The translations under genes were made by a program, and so were the position numbers. The notes beneath the pieces were generated by a model. It searched no databases. It was given only the letters and a program-made list of their open reading frames with translations, and was not told where the DNA came from. From assembly GCA_035541575.1 (NCBI GenBank), contig DATKMZ010000036.1, positions 486-64,485 on the forward strand: a DNA stretch of 64,000 nt, read 5' to 3'. Shown in pieces: positions 44,538 through 55,174 of this stretch; within the stretch, counting starts at the first letter, position 1; each line of letters starts with the position of its first letter. The stretch comes from Caulobacteraceae bacterium (lineage in GTDB: Bacteria; Pseudomonadota; Alphaproteobacteria; Caulobacterales; Caulobacteraceae).

Positions 44538-46052
44538 TCAGGCGGCGGCGACCGCTGGCGCGGGCGACAGCGTCACGCGGCTGCGGATCGCCGGTCCCAG
44601 CTCGGGGTGGTCGGTCCTGAAGTGCGCGCCGCGACTCTCGCGGCGAGTCAGCGCGCCCTCCGCGACGAGCCGGGCGGCGACGAGCGGCAAGGCGCGGCCG
44701 TGGGCGGCCTCGAGCCCTGCGATCGTGGTCAGCAGGCGGCGCAGACCCGCGCCGTCGCGCACCACGCCGGCGTCCTGGCTCATCGCCCGGCGCAGGGTCT
44801 GCAGGGCCGCGTCTGGCAGGTCGGGCGCGGGTGCGGGGGGCGTCGGCGCGGTCCCGGGGTCGGCGGCCCTCGCGGCCGCGCGGCCGGCGCGGGTTCCGAA
44901 CACCGCCGCTTCCAGCAGCGAGTTCGAGGCCAGCCGGTTCGCGCCGTGAACGCCGGTCGAGGCGCACTCGCCGGCGGCGAAGAGGCCGGGCAGGGTCGCC
45001 GCGCCCTCGGCGTCGGTCTCGACCCCGCCCATGTGATAGTGCACCGCCGGGACCACTGGGATCAGGTTACGGCGCGGGTCGATCCCCGCAGCCATCGCCG
45101 CGGCGAAGACGGCCGGGAACTCGTGCGGGAAGGCCGCGCCGATCGCATCCCGCGCGTCGAGGAACGCTCCGCGCCCCGCTCGCCGTTCGGCGGCGATCGC
45201 ACGGGCGACGACGTCGCGCGGCGCGAGCTCGGCGGCGGCGTGATAGCGGGCCATGAACGCCTGGCCGTCGCGGTTCACGAGCTTCGCGCCCTCGCCGCGC
45301 AGCGCCTCGGTGGCGAGCGGCGCCGGATCGCCGCCGAGGTCCATCGCGGTCGGGTGGAACTGCACGAATTCGGCGTCCGCGATCGCCGCGCCGGCGAGCG
45401 CGGCCAATGCGAGGCCCTCGCCCCGCACCTCGCGCGGCGTCGTCGTCACCGCGTAGAGCCCGCCGAGCCCGCCGGTCGCGAGCACCGTCGCCGGGGCGAC
45501 GATCTCCGTCAGCCAGCCGCCAGCGTCCTCGACCAGTGCGCCGCGGACGCGCCCGGCGCGGTCGGTGAGGAGTCGTCGGGCGCGAACGCTCTCGCGCACC
45601 TCGATCGAGGGGTTGCGGCGGACGGCGGCGACCACCGCCTCCATGATCGCCCGGCCCGCCCCGTCGCCGCCGACGCGGGCGACACGGGCGCGGCTGTGGG
45701 CGGCCTCCAGGCTCTGCGCGAACGTCCCGTCGGCGGCGCGGTCGAACGGCGCGCCGAGCGCAGCGAGGCGGCGCACCGCCGCCGGCCCCTCGCGGGTCAG
45801 GATCGTCACCGCCTGCGGGTCGCACAGGCCGGCGCCGGCGGCGATCGTGTCGGCGGCGTGGAGCGCGGGCGCATCGTCGGCGGAGAGCGCCGCGGCCATT
45901 CCGCCCTGCGCCCAGGCTGACGAGCAGCCACTCGCCAACGGCGCGGCTGCGAGCACGAGCACGGGGCGCGGCGCGGCCGCCAGCGCCGCCGACAGCCCCG
46001 CGAGCCCCGCGCCGATCACGAGGACGCCGTCGAAATGCCTGCGGTCGGTCAC
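44538..46052 (-). CDS. nadB: L-aspartate oxidase
   Basis: [62 protein letters not shown] start coupled to the upstream stop. Confidence 0.95.
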   Translation of the reverse strand: MTDRRHFDGVLVIGAGLAGLSAALAAAPRPVLVLAAAPLASGCSSAWAQGGMAAALSADDAPALHAADTIAAGAGLCDPQAVTILTREGPAAVRRLAALGAPFDRAADGTFAQSLEAAHSRARVARVGGDGAGRAIMEAVVAAVRRNPSIEVRESVRARRLLTDRAGRVRGALVEDAGGWLTEIVAPATVLATGGLGGLYAVTTTPREVRGEGLALAALAGAAIADAEFVQFHPTAMDLGGDPAPLATEALRGEGAKLVNRDGQAFMARYHAAAELAPRDVVARAIAAERRAGRGAFLDARDAIGAAFPHEFPAVFAAAMAAGIDPRRNLIPVVPAVHYHMGGVETDAEGAATLPGLFAAGECASTGVHGANRLASNSLLEAAVFGTRAGRAAARAADPGTAPTPPAPAPDLPDAALQTLRRAMSQDAGVVRDGAGLRRLLTTIAGLEAAHGRALPLVAARLVAEGALTRRESRGAHFRTDHPELGPAIRSRVTLSPAPAVAAA

Positions 46053-46867
46053 CGGCCTACTCCGAAGCTGCCGAACGAAAGGAAATGCGTGTCGACGCGC
46101 AGGTCGGCCGCGGCGAGAGCCAGCGCGGCGGCGCAGAGGCCGAGCGCCAGCACGTAGAGCGCCAGTCCCAGCGCCCATTCGCCCCAACTCAGCGGCCGCG
46201 CGGTGGGCCGAAGCTGGCCCATGCGCAGCGATCCCAGCACGCTGAGGCCGATGAAGACGGGCGCGATCAGAGAGCCGCGGCTCAAGGTCCAGAGCACGGC
46301 GAGGCCGCCGACGACAACCAGCGCCAACCGCTCGAGCTGCGGATGGATGCGGGCCAGCACCGGGCCGAGCGCCTTCGAGCCGTCGAGCGGCGGTGCGGGC
46401 GCGAGGTTGAGCAGATTGAACCCGGCCACGACGAGCGCGCCGACGTCCCAGCCGCGCTGGCCGGTCCACGCGGCGAGACCGAAGAAGGGCAGGGCGGCGG
46501 CCAGGCCAAACACCGGACCGGCGAGCGCGATCACGACGCCCTTGAGCTCGGTGTCGGGCGGCCGCGCCATCGTCGCCGCGCCGCCGAAGAACGGGATGAT
46601 GCGGATGCGGCTTGGGCCGCTGCCGGCGGCGTTGATGACGAGCACGTGTCCGAACTCGTGCACGAAGACGCCCAGCACGGCGGCCACCGCTCCGAGCCAG
46701 CCGATCTGCCAGGCGATCCAGGCGGCCAGGATCAGGGTCGAGACGCCGCCCCAGAAGAATTCCGCGAGCGGCGAGGTCTTGGCGTCCGGCGGCGCTGGCT
46801 CCGGCTGCGGCTCGGGAACGGCCCAGGGCGAGACGGGCGTCGGATCGGTGATCGGCGTCTCAGACAT
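46049..46867 (-). CDS. Site-2 (M50) intramembrane metalloprotease
   Basis: [25 protein letters not shown]; multiple TM segments. Confidence 0.9.
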   Translation of the reverse strand: MSETPITDPTPVSPWAVPEPQPEPAPPDAKTSPLAEFFWGGVSTLILAAWIAWQIGWLGAVAAVLGVFVHEFGHVLVINAAGSGPSRIRIIPFFGGAATMARPPDTELKGVVIALAGPVFGLAAALPFFGLAAWTGQRGWDVGALVVAGFNLLNLAPAPPLDGSKALGPVLARIHPQLERLALVVVGGLAVLWTLSRGSLIAPVFIGLSVLGSLRMGQLRPTARPLSWGEWALGLALYVLALGLCAAALALAAADLRVDTHFLSFGSFGVGR

Positions 46868-47375
46868 CGGCCGCCTCCAGCGCCGCTCGATGGTGCGCGG
46901 CCGAGGGCTCGCTGAAGCAGCAGAACACCACCCTCGCCGGGCGGTCGTCCTCGGCCAGCGCTGCGCGCACGGCCCCTACCGCGATCCTCGCCGCCTGGTC
47001 GGCGGGATAGCCATAGATCCCGGTCGAGATCGCCGGAAAGGCGATGCTGGCGAGGCCGTGCTCGCGGGCGCGTTCGATCGCGCGGCGATAGCAAGAGGCC
47101 AGCAGGTCCGGCTCGCCACGCCGGCCGCCGTTCCACACAGGGCCGACGGCATGGATCACGTACTTGGCGGGCAGGCGGTAGCCGCGGGTGATCTTGGCCT
47201 CGCCCGTCGCACAGCCGCCGAGCGCGGCGCACTCGGCCGCGAGTTCCCGGCCCGCCGCGCGATGGATCGCGCCGTCCACGCCGCCGCCGCCCATCAGGCT
47301 GGTGTTGGCGGCGTTGACGATGGCGTCGACCGCAAGGGTGGTGATGTCCGCCACGATGACCTCGATCCGGCTCAT
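46860..47375 (-). CDS. Macrodomain protein, O-acetyl-ADP-ribose deacetylase (MacroD/YmdB-like)
   Basis: [45 protein letters not shown]. Confidence 0.93.
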   Translation of the reverse strand: MSRIEVIVADITTLAVDAIVNAANTSLMGGGGVDGAIHRAAGRELAAECAALGGCATGEAKITRGYRLPAKYVIHAVGPVWNGGRRGEPDLLASCYRRAIERAREHGLASIAFPAISTGIYGYPADQAARIAVGAVRAALAEDDRPARVVFCCFSEPSAAHHRAALEAADV

Positions 47376-47842
47376 TAGTCCGCCAGCAGCCAGTAGAGGT
47401 CGGTGCGCAGCCTGGCCGGATCTTCCTCCCAGTCGCCGTAGACTTCCCAGCTGACGCTGGCGCGCTTCAGACCCATCGCGTCCATCTGTGCGATCGCCGC
47501 ATCGCCAGTGGCGGGGATGCCGTCGTAGGGGCCGACGTGCGCGACCGTCGCGGCGCGGCCGGCCGGTGTCGCCGAGGCGATCACCTCGCCCTCGGGCGAA
47601 ATCGGCTCGGGCGTCTGCACGCCCACCTCGATCAGCAACCTCACGTCCGCCGGAGCGCCGGCGGCCGCCTTGTAGACCACCACGTTGTGGCCGAGGCCGG
47701 TCACCTGGCGGGCCCGCAGCACGGCGTAGACCTTGTCGAGCCGGCTCACGATCGCCTGGCCGAGCCCGTTGCGCGGCGCCCAGCCGCCAACTGCCGCGAT
47801 TGGCGTCGCCACGACAGTCACCTGGGTGAGTTCCACGGGCAT
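47375..47842 (-). CDS. GyrI-like small-molecule binding protein
   Basis: [43 protein letters not shown]-coupled to the macrodomain gene. Confidence 0.8.
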   Translation of the reverse strand: MPVELTQVTVVATPIAAVGGWAPRNGLGQAIVSRLDKVYAVLRARQVTGLGHNVVVYKAAAGAPADVRLLIEVGVQTPEPISPEGEVIASATPAGRAATVAHVGPYDGIPATGDAAIAQMDAMGLKRASVSWEVYGDWEEDPARLRTDLYWLLAD

Positions 47843-47850
47843 CGCGCGCC

Positions 47851-48936
47851 TCAGATCAGCTCCACGTCGACGTGGTGGCGCGCCTTCACGAGGTCGTAGC
47901 GCGCCGGCCGCTCGGGCGGGGGCAGGTCGATCATCCGCTGCACGGCCAGCCGCGCGCGCTCGGCGACGTCCGGCGCGACGGTCACCTCGAACCGCTCCTC
48001 GAGCAGCGCCTCGTGGATGTTCTCGAGGCTGATCCGCTTCATGTGCGGGCAGAGATTGCAGGGGCGCACGAACTCGACGCCGGGGGCCTCGGCGGCGATG
48101 TTGTCGGCCATCGAGCACTCGGTGATCAGCACCACTTGCCGCGGCTGACGCTTGATGACGTAGTCCGACATCGCGCTGGTCGAGCCGGCGAAGTCGGCCA
48201 GCTCCAGCACCTCGGCCGGGCACTCGGGGTGAGCCAGGATCTCGGCGTTCGGCCAGGCTTCTCGCACCTGCCGGATGTCCTCGGCCTCGAAACGCTCGTG
48301 CACTTCGCAGCGCCCCTGCCAGGCGATGATCCTGATCTCGGTCTGGCGCGCGACGTTGCGGGCGAGGAACTCGTCCGGCAGCAGGATCACCCTGTCGGTC
48401 CCGGCGGCCTTTGCGGCGGCCTCGACCACCTGCACCGCGTTCGCGCTGGTGCAGCAGATGTCGGTCTCGGCCTTCACCTCGGCGGTGGTGTTGACGTAGG
48501 TGACGACCGGCACGCCGGGGTAGCGCTGCTTGATCAGCCGCACGTCCGCGGCCGTGATCGAGGCGGCGAGCGAGCAGCCGGCGCGCAGGTCGGGGATCAG
48601 CACCTTCTTCTGCGGCGAGAGCACCTTCGAGGTCTCGGCCATGAAGTGCACGCCGGCCTGGACGATGATCGCCGCCTCGGTGCGGGCGGCCTCGCGGGCC
48701 AGGCCCAGGCTGTCGCCGATAAAGTCGCCGACGCCGTGGAAGATCTCGGGCGTCATGTAGTTGTGGGCCAGGATGACGGCGTTCTTCTCGAGCTTCAGCC
48801 GGTTGATCTCGACGATCAGCGGCGCGTGGGCGCGCCATTCGATCGGCGTGACGCGGGACTTCACCTTCTGCCAGACGCCCGCCGCGGCGGTCTCCACCTC
48901 GGGGGTGAAGTCCAGCAACGTGGTTCCGTCGGCCAT
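47851..48936 (-). CDS. nadA: Quinolinate synthase A
   Basis: [49 protein letters not shown] aggagg. Confidence 0.96.
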   Translation of the reverse strand: MADGTTLLDFTPEVETAAAGVWQKVKSRVTPIEWRAHAPLIVEINRLKLEKNAVILAHNYMTPEIFHGVGDFIGDSLGLAREAARTEAAIIVQAGVHFMAETSKVLSPQKKVLIPDLRAGCSLAASITAADVRLIKQRYPGVPVVTYVNTTAEVKAETDICCTSANAVQVVEAAAKAAGTDRVILLPDEFLARNVARQTEIRIIAWQGRCEVHERFEAEDIRQVREAWPNAEILAHPECPAEVLELADFAGSTSAMSDYVIKRQPRQVVLITECSMADNIAAEAPGVEFVRPCNLCPHMKRISLENIHEALLEERFEVTVAPDVAERARLAVQRMIDLPPPERPARYDLVKARHHVDVELI

Positions 48937-48946
48937 GGGATCCTCC

Positions 48947-48967
48947 TTTTGCTCACTTTGAGCATTT
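48947..48967. promoter_or_regulatory. NadQ-type operator (proximal)
   Basis: ttttgctcactttgagcattt against consensus ttATRCTCannntGAGYATaa; abuts the nadA SD. Confidence 0.75.
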
Positions 48968-49013
48968 CCTTGGCCTGAAGAAACGCCGCACCCGCTTGGG
49001 CCGGCGTTCTCCC

Positions 49014-49034
49014 TTATGCTGAAACTGAGCATAA
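49014..49034. promoter_or_regulatory. NadQ-type operator (distal)
   Basis: ttatgctgaaactgagcataa, one mismatch to the consensus. Confidence 0.85.
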
Positions 49035-49224
49035 GTCGCGAAGTCCATATAGACCGTGGTTCGCCCGGCGCAAACCCCCGCGCCCTCTTTTTTCGCTCAC
49101 GAAAGCTGGAAGCCGTTTCAGCGCGCCTCTGCGCTCCCGCCGAAACCGGCGCCCAGCGCCGCCGGTTCCCTTGTGAACAAACCGTCAGGGGCGTCCGGCT
49201 CTGCAAGCTGCTATAGGCCCGCCG

Positions 49225-50361
49225 GTGTCACCCCGGCGCAGAGGACGGAACTTCGTCGCGGCGTGCCTGACGCTCGGGCTCGCCGCCTGCGGGGCCATGT
49301 CCGCCGATCGCGCCGGCGACAGCACCCAGCGAATCGTGGTCCAGGCGGGCCGCCTCACGCCAGCCGGCTTCGCGCGGCTCCAGCAAGGGATGGACGCCGG
49401 CGCGGCGCGGATCGCCGCCAGGTTCGATCCGGAGGCCCGGGTCGACTCCTGGGATCGTCCTGCGGGATGGATCTCGCTCGATCTGGCGCGGCCCCCCGTG
49501 CTGCCGCTCGCCATCGCCGACGCCGCGCAGCTCAACGCCGTGCTCCCTGTCGACGACACCGGCCTTGCGCCCGCGCAGCCGTTCTACCTGACCGCCTCGG
49601 GCGCTGAGCGGCAGCGCGCGACCCTCTGCATGACCCAGGCCGTCTATTACGAGGCCGCGCTCGAGCCGCTCGAGGGCCAGCAGGCCGTGGCCCAGACCGT
49701 GATCAACCGCGTCCGCCACCCGGACTTCCCGAAGTCGATCTGCGGTGTCGTCTATGAAGGCTCGCAGCTGCCGATCGGCTGCCAGTTCTCGTTCACCTGC
49801 GACGGCTCTTTGGCCCGCCCGCCGATCGAGCCTTACTGGAGCCGCGCGAGAGACGTCGCGCTCGCCGCGCTCTCGGGGTTCGTCGCCAAGGACGTCGGCT
49901 CGGCCACGCATTACCACGCCGACTACGTCTTCCCGCGCTGGGGGCCGCAGATGGTCAAGATCGTGCAGCTGGGCGCGCACATCTTCTACCGCTACCCAGG
50001 TCCGGCCGGCGCGCCGCAGGCCCTGACCGGCCGCTATGGCGGCGGTGAGCTCGCGGTCTCGATGGCCGGCCCGACGGCGGCGGCGATCGCCGCGGCCAAG
50101 GCCGCCTTGCAGGCGGGTCAGGTCGAGATGCTGGCGTCGAACGCGGCGGGTGAGCGGCCGCGGCTGGTGATCCCGGCGGCCGATGCGGGCGCACCCGTAA
50201 CGGTGGTCCCACCGCGCCCGGCGCTGCCCGGCCAGATCGTCGCGGGACGCCGGGTGCCGACCCGGGCCGAGATCGCCCGGATCAACGCGACGCTGTCGCC
50301 GCCGCCATCCAGTCCCGGCGATGCCCCGATGACGACGTCAGGCGCTGACGGCCAGCCTTAG
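49225..50361 (+). CDS. SleB-like cell wall hydrolase, probable lipoprotein
   Basis: Lipobox LAAC; CMTQAVYYEA..GQQAVAQTVINRVRHP.FPKSICGVVYEG..CQFSFTCDG, HYHADYV.P.W. Confidence 0.9.
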   Translation: MSPRRRGRNFVAACLTLGLAACGAMSADRAGDSTQRIVVQAGRLTPAGFARLQQGMDAGAARIAARFDPEARVDSWDRPAGWISLDLARPPVLPLAIADAAQLNAVLPVDDTGLAPAQPFYLTASGAERQRATLCMTQAVYYEAALEPLEGQQAVAQTVINRVRHPDFPKSICGVVYEGSQLPIGCQFSFTCDGSLARPPIEPYWSRARDVALAALSGFVAKDVGSATHYHADYVFPRWGPQMVKIVQLGAHIFYRYPGPAGAPQALTGRYGGGELAVSMAGPTAAAIAAAKAALQAGQVEMLASNAAGERPRLVIPAADAGAPVTVVPPRPALPGQIVAGRRVPTRAEIARINATLSPPPSSPGDAPMTTSGADGQP

Positions 50362-50840
50362 CCGAACGCCCGCGGGTAGGCGACCTTGACCGGCGTGGCG
50401 AGGGCGCCCGGGACCAGCTCCAGCGCCATGAAGGCGGGCAGGTCGGCGTATGGCGAGGCGATGCTGGCCACCGCTGCGTGCGAGAAGCCGAAGCGCGGAT
50501 AGTAGGTCGCGTGGCCCAGCACCACGACCGCCTCGGCGCCCAGCGCCTTCACCGCCTCGATCCCGGCGTCGCAGAGCGCCTCGCCGACGCCGCGGCCCTG
50601 TGCGTCCGGCCGCACGGCGACCGGCCCGAGGGCGGCGATCCGTCGGTCCGCGGGGTCGGTGGTCGTCCGGCTGAACAGGATATGGCCGGTGATCTCGCCG
50701 GCTTCCTCGAACACCAGCTCGACCAGCGCCTCGCCTTCCTCGCGCACCCGACGGGCGATCTCGGCCTCCGCCTCGCGACCGAACGCGGCGGTCTCCACGT
50801 CGTGGATGGCCTGGAAGTCGCGTGCTTTGGGGGGCCTCAC
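50358..50840 (-). CDS. GNAT N-acetyltransferase (YhbS-like)
   Basis: GHILFS, LGPVAVRPD.QGRGVG, VLGH..YYPRFGF. GTGA-coupled to trxB. Confidence 0.9.
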   Translation of the reverse strand: MRPPKARDFQAIHDVETAAFGREAEAEIARRVREEGEALVELVFEEAGEITGHILFSRTTTDPADRRIAALGPVAVRPDAQGRGVGEALCDAGIEAVKALGAEAVVVLGHATYYPRFGFSHAAVASIASPYADLPAFMALELVPGALATPVKVAYPRAFG

Positions 50841-51838
50841 CACGCCCCGATCTTCTCCGCCTCGTGATGCGAGAGCGGCTTGTGCGCCGCCTCGTGGTCC
50901 TTCTCGGCCAGGAACCGCACCGCCTCGAGCGCGGCCATGCAGCCCATGCCCGCGGCGGTCACCGCCTGACGGTAGACGTCGTCGGTGACGTCTCCAGCGG
51001 CGTAGACGCCCTCGATCGCCGTGGAGGCCGTGCCGGGCGCCACGTGCAGATAGCCGGCCGGGTCCATGTCGAGTTGGCCCTTGAACAACTCCGAGGCAGG
51101 CGCGTGGCCGATGGCGACGAACACGCCGTCGCAGGGCAGGTCGCGCAACTCGCCGGTCTGCGCATGCTTCAGCCGCACTCCGGTGACGCCCGCCGGATCG
51201 GTCTGGCCCAGCACCTCGTCGATCGCGTGGTCCCAGATCACCTCGATCTTCGGATTGTGGAACAGGCGCTCCTGCAGGATGCGCTCGGCGCGCAGCTCGT
51301 CGCGGCGATGCACGAGCGTCACCTTGCTCGCGAAGCTGGTCAGGAACAGCGCCTCTTCGACCGCGGTGTTGCCGCCGCCCACCACCACGACCTCCTTGCC
51401 GCGATAGAAGAAGCCGTCGCAGGTGGCGCAGGCCGAAACGCCGAAGCCGCGGAACGCCTGCTCCGACGGCAGCCCCAGCCACTTCGCCTCGGCGCCGGTG
51501 GAGATGATCAGCGTCTCCGCCAGCCAGACCTCGCCGCTGTCGGTGCTGACCCGGAACGGGCGCTGCGAGAGATCCGCGGCGGTGACGATGTCGTTCACCA
51601 TCTCGGCGCCGACCGCCTCGGCTTGCGCCTTCATCTGCTCCATCAGCCACGGGCCCTGGATCACCTCGGCGAACCCTGGGTAGTTCTCCACGTCGGTGGT
51701 GATGGTCAGCTGGCCGCCCGGCGTCAGGCCGGCGATCAGCACGGGTTTCAAGAGCGCCCGGGCGGCGTAGACCGCGGCGGTGTAGCCGGCAGGGCCCGAT
51801 CCGACGATCAGGCAGCGCGTGCGGCGGGGTTCGGTCAT
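50837..51838 (-). CDS. trxB: Thioredoxin-disulfide reductase
   Basis: GSGPAGYTAA, GGQL..TTDVENYPG, SACATCDG, GGGNTAVEE, RQAVTAAG.GC. Confidence 0.96.
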   Translation of the reverse strand: MTEPRRTRCLIVGSGPAGYTAAVYAARALLKPVLIAGLTPGGQLTITTDVENYPGFAEVIQGPWLMEQMKAQAEAVGAEMVNDIVTAADLSQRPFRVSTDSGEVWLAETLIISTGAEAKWLGLPSEQAFRGFGVSACATCDGFFYRGKEVVVVGGGNTAVEEALFLTSFASKVTLVHRRDELRAERILQERLFHNPKIEVIWDHAIDEVLGQTDPAGVTGVRLKHAQTGELRDLPCDGVFVAIGHAPASELFKGQLDMDPAGYLHVAPGTASTAIEGVYAAGDVTDDVYRQAVTAAGMGCMAALEAVRFLAEKDHEAAHKPLSHHEAEKIGAW

Positions 51839-51928
51839 GGCGGCCTTTTTCGCGGACGATTCACCGCGCAATATGTAAGCGAGGCGTGGGCCTAGGGCGA
51901 GGGCGGCGCATTGACGGAGATCGACCGC

Positions 51929-52312
51929 TCACACATCGCCGCGCTGGTAGATCGCGATGGCGTACCCGTCGGGGGTGAGGACAACGAACTCGGTATGGCC
52001 CGCGAGCCGGATGAAGGTCGGGGGGCCTTCACAGACGGCGCCAAGCGCCTGGGCCTTGGCGTAAGCCGCCCGGACGTCCTCGGAGCGGAAATAGAGCAGC
52101 ACGCCCGCCCCTCGTTTCGCGCCTTCCGGCAGCCGCGCGCCACCGTGCTCCTCGGCGTCGGCGTGATGCAGCTGAACGACCAGCTGCCGGTCCGCGTCGA
52201 CGAGCATCTCGTATTCCGGACCGCCGTGGGCGCTGCGCAGACCCAACAGCGATTGCAGCCACCGCGACGACGCCTCTACGTCATCGACGAACAGCATCGG
52301 CTCGAACGCCAT
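51929..52312 (-). CDS. VOC/glyoxalase family protein
   Basis: LFVDDVEAS..LLG, VLLYF..EDV.AAY..A..LGA, TPDGY. Confidence 0.8.
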   Translation of the reverse strand: MAFEPMLFVDDVEASSRWLQSLLGLRSAHGGPEYEMLVDADRQLVVQLHHADAEEHGGARLPEGAKRGAGVLLYFRSEDVRAAYAKAQALGAVCEGPPTFIRLAGHTEFVVLTPDGYAIAIYQRGDV

Positions 52313-52392
52313 AGCGAACCCTCCCTTCGGTCTGGCGACGGAACTCTAGCCGGGAACGGGCGAATGGACAGCCTCGCCGCAGCAGCCTCGCG

Positions 52393-53436
52393 GTGAACAT
52401 CGCGCCGCGAATCCTGTTCCTCGCCGACGCCGGCCCGCAGGTCGGCGGCGGCCACGTGATGCGTTGTCTGACCCTCGCGCGGGCGCTGGGCGGGCGCGGC
52501 GGCGAGTGCGCCTTCGTCGAGTCCCGCGCCGCCGCGCCCATCTTGCGCCGGTTCGGTTGGCCCGGACAGACCGTGCTCGCGATGACCGAGGCGGAAGACC
52601 TCGCCGGCCTCGTCGCCTACGCCGAAGACTTCGCCCAGCGCCTGACGGCCGACGTGGTGGTGATCGACCACTACGGCGCAGGCGCCGACGAGGATGTCGC
52701 GCTGGGCGGGATGGACCGGCGCGTGGTGGCGATCGACGATCTCGCCAACCGGCCGCGGCGGGCCAATCTCCTGGTCGATCCGGGCTACGGCCGACGGCCG
52801 GAGGCCTACCGCGACCTCACGCCGGTCGACGCCCTGATCCTGACCGGGCCGGCCTATGCGCTGGTGCGCCCGGACTTCGCAGCCGCCCGCTCCCGCGCTC
52901 TCAGCCGGCGCGCCCGCCACGGTCCGGTGAGACGCGCGCTGGTGGCGCTGGGCCTGACCGACGTCGGCGCCGTCACCGGCCGCGTGGTGCGGGTGCTGGC
53001 GGGCCTCCTCGGCGAGATCCGGCTCGATGTCGTGATCGGGGGCGGGGCCGAGAGCCTGCCGGCGCTGAGAGCGGCGGCCGCGGTCGACCGTCGCCTGCGG
53101 CTCTGGGTCGACACCGGAGAAATGGCGTCCCTGATGGCCGACGCCGACATCGCCGTCGGCGCCGGCGGTTCGAGCGTCTGGGAGCGTGCGACGGTCGGGC
53201 TGCCGTCGGCGACCGTGATCCTGGCCGAGAACCAGCGCCCGATGATCGGACAGATGGCCGCCGCGGACTTGACGATCGGCGTCGATGTCGAGGCCAGCGA
53301 CTTCGATGATCGTCTGCGCGAGGCCTGGTCGCAGCTGGTCTCGGACGCCGAACTGCGCTGGCGCTTCACGGAGCGTTCGTCCGACCTCTGCGACGGCCAC
53401 GGCGCGGAACGGGTCGCCGAGGCGATCCTGCGCTAG
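52393..53436 (+). CDS. pseG: UDP-2,4-diacetamido-2,4,6-trideoxy-beta-L-altropyranose hydrolase
   Basis: ADAG..VGGGHVMRCLTLA, VVIDHY, AIDDL, GAGGSS.WER..GLP..AENQ. Confidence 0.88.
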   Translation: MNIAPRILFLADAGPQVGGGHVMRCLTLARALGGRGGECAFVESRAAAPILRRFGWPGQTVLAMTEAEDLAGLVAYAEDFAQRLTADVVVIDHYGAGADEDVALGGMDRRVVAIDDLANRPRRANLLVDPGYGRRPEAYRDLTPVDALILTGPAYALVRPDFAAARSRALSRRARHGPVRRALVALGLTDVGAVTGRVVRVLAGLLGEIRLDVVIGGGAESLPALRAAAAVDRRLRLWVDTGEMASLMADADIAVGAGGSSVWERATVGLPSATVILAENQRPMIGQMAAADLTIGVDVEASDFDDRLREAWSQLVSDAELRWRFTERSSDLCDGHGAERVAEAILR

Positions 53437-53524
53437 CCCTGTTCCGGCGCCTACCAAGCGTTGCTTTTGCCCCGTCGGGGTCTAAGGTCGCCGCGCCCCG
53501 CAGTAGGGCTGAGGGAGACAGACA

Positions 53525-53773
53525 ATGAGGACGCGTTCAACGGTCATTCTCGCCGCCGCCGCGCTCGCGGTGGGCGCCGGCATCGGTTTCGGCGTGGGCG
53601 CCCAGCCCAATCAGCCGCACATGCAAAACGCGCTGTCGTCGCTGCAGTCCGCGGCCAGCGAGCTCAAGGTGGCCCTGCACAACAAGGGCGGCCACCGCGT
53701 CAAGGCGCTGAACCTGACCAACCAGGCGATCACCGAGGTGCAAGCCGGCATCGCCGCCGGCGAAGGCGACTGA
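53525..53773 (+). CDS. Small secreted helical protein
   Basis: SD gggag; signal peptide; QPHMQNAL..L..A..EL..A.HNKGGHRVKAL. Confidence 0.8.
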   Translation: MRTRSTVILAAAALAVGAGIGFGVGAQPNQPHMQNALSSLQSAASELKVALHNKGGHRVKALNLTNQAITEVQAGIAAGEGD

Positions 53774-53824
53774 TTGCCTCGCCGTCCGCGGCCTGACCCG
53801 CGGCCGCGGACGGCCGATTCTTAC

Positions 53825-54397
53825 CTAGACCAATACGGGCGGCTCGAAGCCGCGAACGCGGAGTCGCTGGCCCATCGCGGCGCGGTTGGCGCGCCAGTCC
53901 TCGGCCAGCAGGCCGAGCCCGAGCACGTCGACGCGCGCGCCCTCCTTGACCACGTGACCGCGGAAGCGCGCCTCGATCTGGAAACCGAAGGTTTCGTGCA
54001 GCTTCCAGACCGGCTCGTTCGAGGCCAAGACCTCGCACCAGAGCTTGGCGAACTTCAATCCCTCGAACACGTATTCCAGCACCCAGTACTCGACGTAGGA
54101 ACCGAGTCCCAGGCCGCGCACGGCGGGGTCGGAGAGGTAGTAGGCCCAGGCGCAGCGCTGGTTGCGCCGGTCGATGTCGTAGAGGTTCGCGAGCCCAACC
54201 GGCGCGCCGTCGGACGTAATGATCCAGTAGGTGCGCGAAGGATCGTCCGGAATGCCCGCGAACCAGGCCGCGTGCTCTTCCGGCGAGATGACGTGGTCGG
54301 TGTACATGTAGGCGCGGACGTCGGGAGAGTTGCGCCAGGCCAGGATCCGATCCCGGTCGCCGGGTTCAAGCGGCCGCAACTCGACCCGTGGCGCCAT
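53825..54397 (-). CDS. pseH: UDP-4-amino-4,6-dideoxy-N-acetyl-beta-L-altrosamine N-acetyltransferase
   Basis: WRNSPDVRAYMYTDH.IS.EEH..WF, CAWAYY, KLWCEVL..N..V.KLH..FGF. Confidence 0.85.
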   Translation of the reverse strand: MAPRVELRPLEPGDRDRILAWRNSPDVRAYMYTDHVISPEEHAAWFAGIPDDPSRTYWIITSDGAPVGLANLYDIDRRNQRCAWAYYLSDPAVRGLGLGSYVEYWVLEYVFEGLKFAKLWCEVLASNEPVWKLHETFGFQIEARFRGHVVKEGARVDVLGLGLLAEDWRANRAAMGQRLRVRGFEPPVLV

Positions 54398-54442
54398 GCG
54401 AATCTCCGCTCCCCCGAAAGGCGAGTCTAGCCGACTTTCCGA

Positions 54443-55165
54443 TCAGATGCGCCGCTCGCCGCCGAGTCGGGCGAGGTCCGGGCGCGAGCGGACCAAGGCG
54501 CGGACGTCGTCGGAGGTGAAGGCCGGGCGGCCGGGATAGAGCCCTTCGTAGACCGCGCGAACGAACTCGTAATCGTGCGCGTAGTCCACCGTCCAGCGCA
54601 CGTCGCCTTCGTCGGCGTTCTGGCTCAGCCAGGCCTGGCGGTAGAGTTCCGGATGGCTGTGCAGCGCCCACGTGACGTGCTCGTGCTCCTCGGGCGTCGA
54701 CGCCCGCGCCGCCGCCGCCCGCAGCGCCGCCGGGGTCATCGCCTCGACGTCGAGACCTTTCGGAAAGGTCCGGCGCTCGGGCGGGGTGTTGGAGCCGTAG
54801 TCGACGCCCATGCTCACCACCTTGTCGATGGTCGCGTCGATCACCTCGGGGTCCGCGAGCGGGCAGTCGGCGGTCAGCCGCACGACGTGGTCGGCCGGGC
54901 CGAACGCGTCCAGCGCGCCGATGAAACGAGCCAGCACGTCGTCCAGCGAGCCGCGATGGACCGCCACCCCCGCGCCGATGACGGTCTCGGCCAGTATGTC
55001 GTCTTCCGGCTCATCGCTCGTCGCCATGACCAGTCGGTCGATCAGCCGGCTCCGTGAGACCCGCTCGATCTGACGCAGGATCATCGGCGCGCCGACGAGC
55101 GGCAGCAGCGCCTTGCCCGGCAGCCGGCTGGAACTCATGCGGGCCTGGAGGATCGCGAGAATCAT
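54443..55165 (-). CDS. SpsF/FlmC-type cytidylyltransferase
   Basis: ILQARMSSSRLPGK, GSLDDVL.RF, VRLTADCPL.DP, FPKGLDVE, EHVT, RWTVDY..D. Confidence 0.88.
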   Translation of the reverse strand: MILAILQARMSSSRLPGKALLPLVGAPMILRQIERVSRSRLIDRLVMATSDEPEDDILAETVIGAGVAVHRGSLDDVLARFIGALDAFGPADHVVRLTADCPLADPEVIDATIDKVVSMGVDYGSNTPPERRTFPKGLDVEAMTPAALRAAAARASTPEEHEHVTWALHSHPELYRQAWLSQNADEGDVRWTVDYAHDYEFVRAVYEGLYPGRPAFTSDDVRALVRSRPDLARLGGERRI

Positions 55166-55174
55166 CGCGAAGGT

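Noticed and set aside
41091-50361. Two SleB-like hydrolases as a sporulation or prophage signal
   Set aside because: Multiple Hydrolase_2 paralogs are ordinary in Alphaproteobacteria, and no phage or sporulation genes lie nearby.
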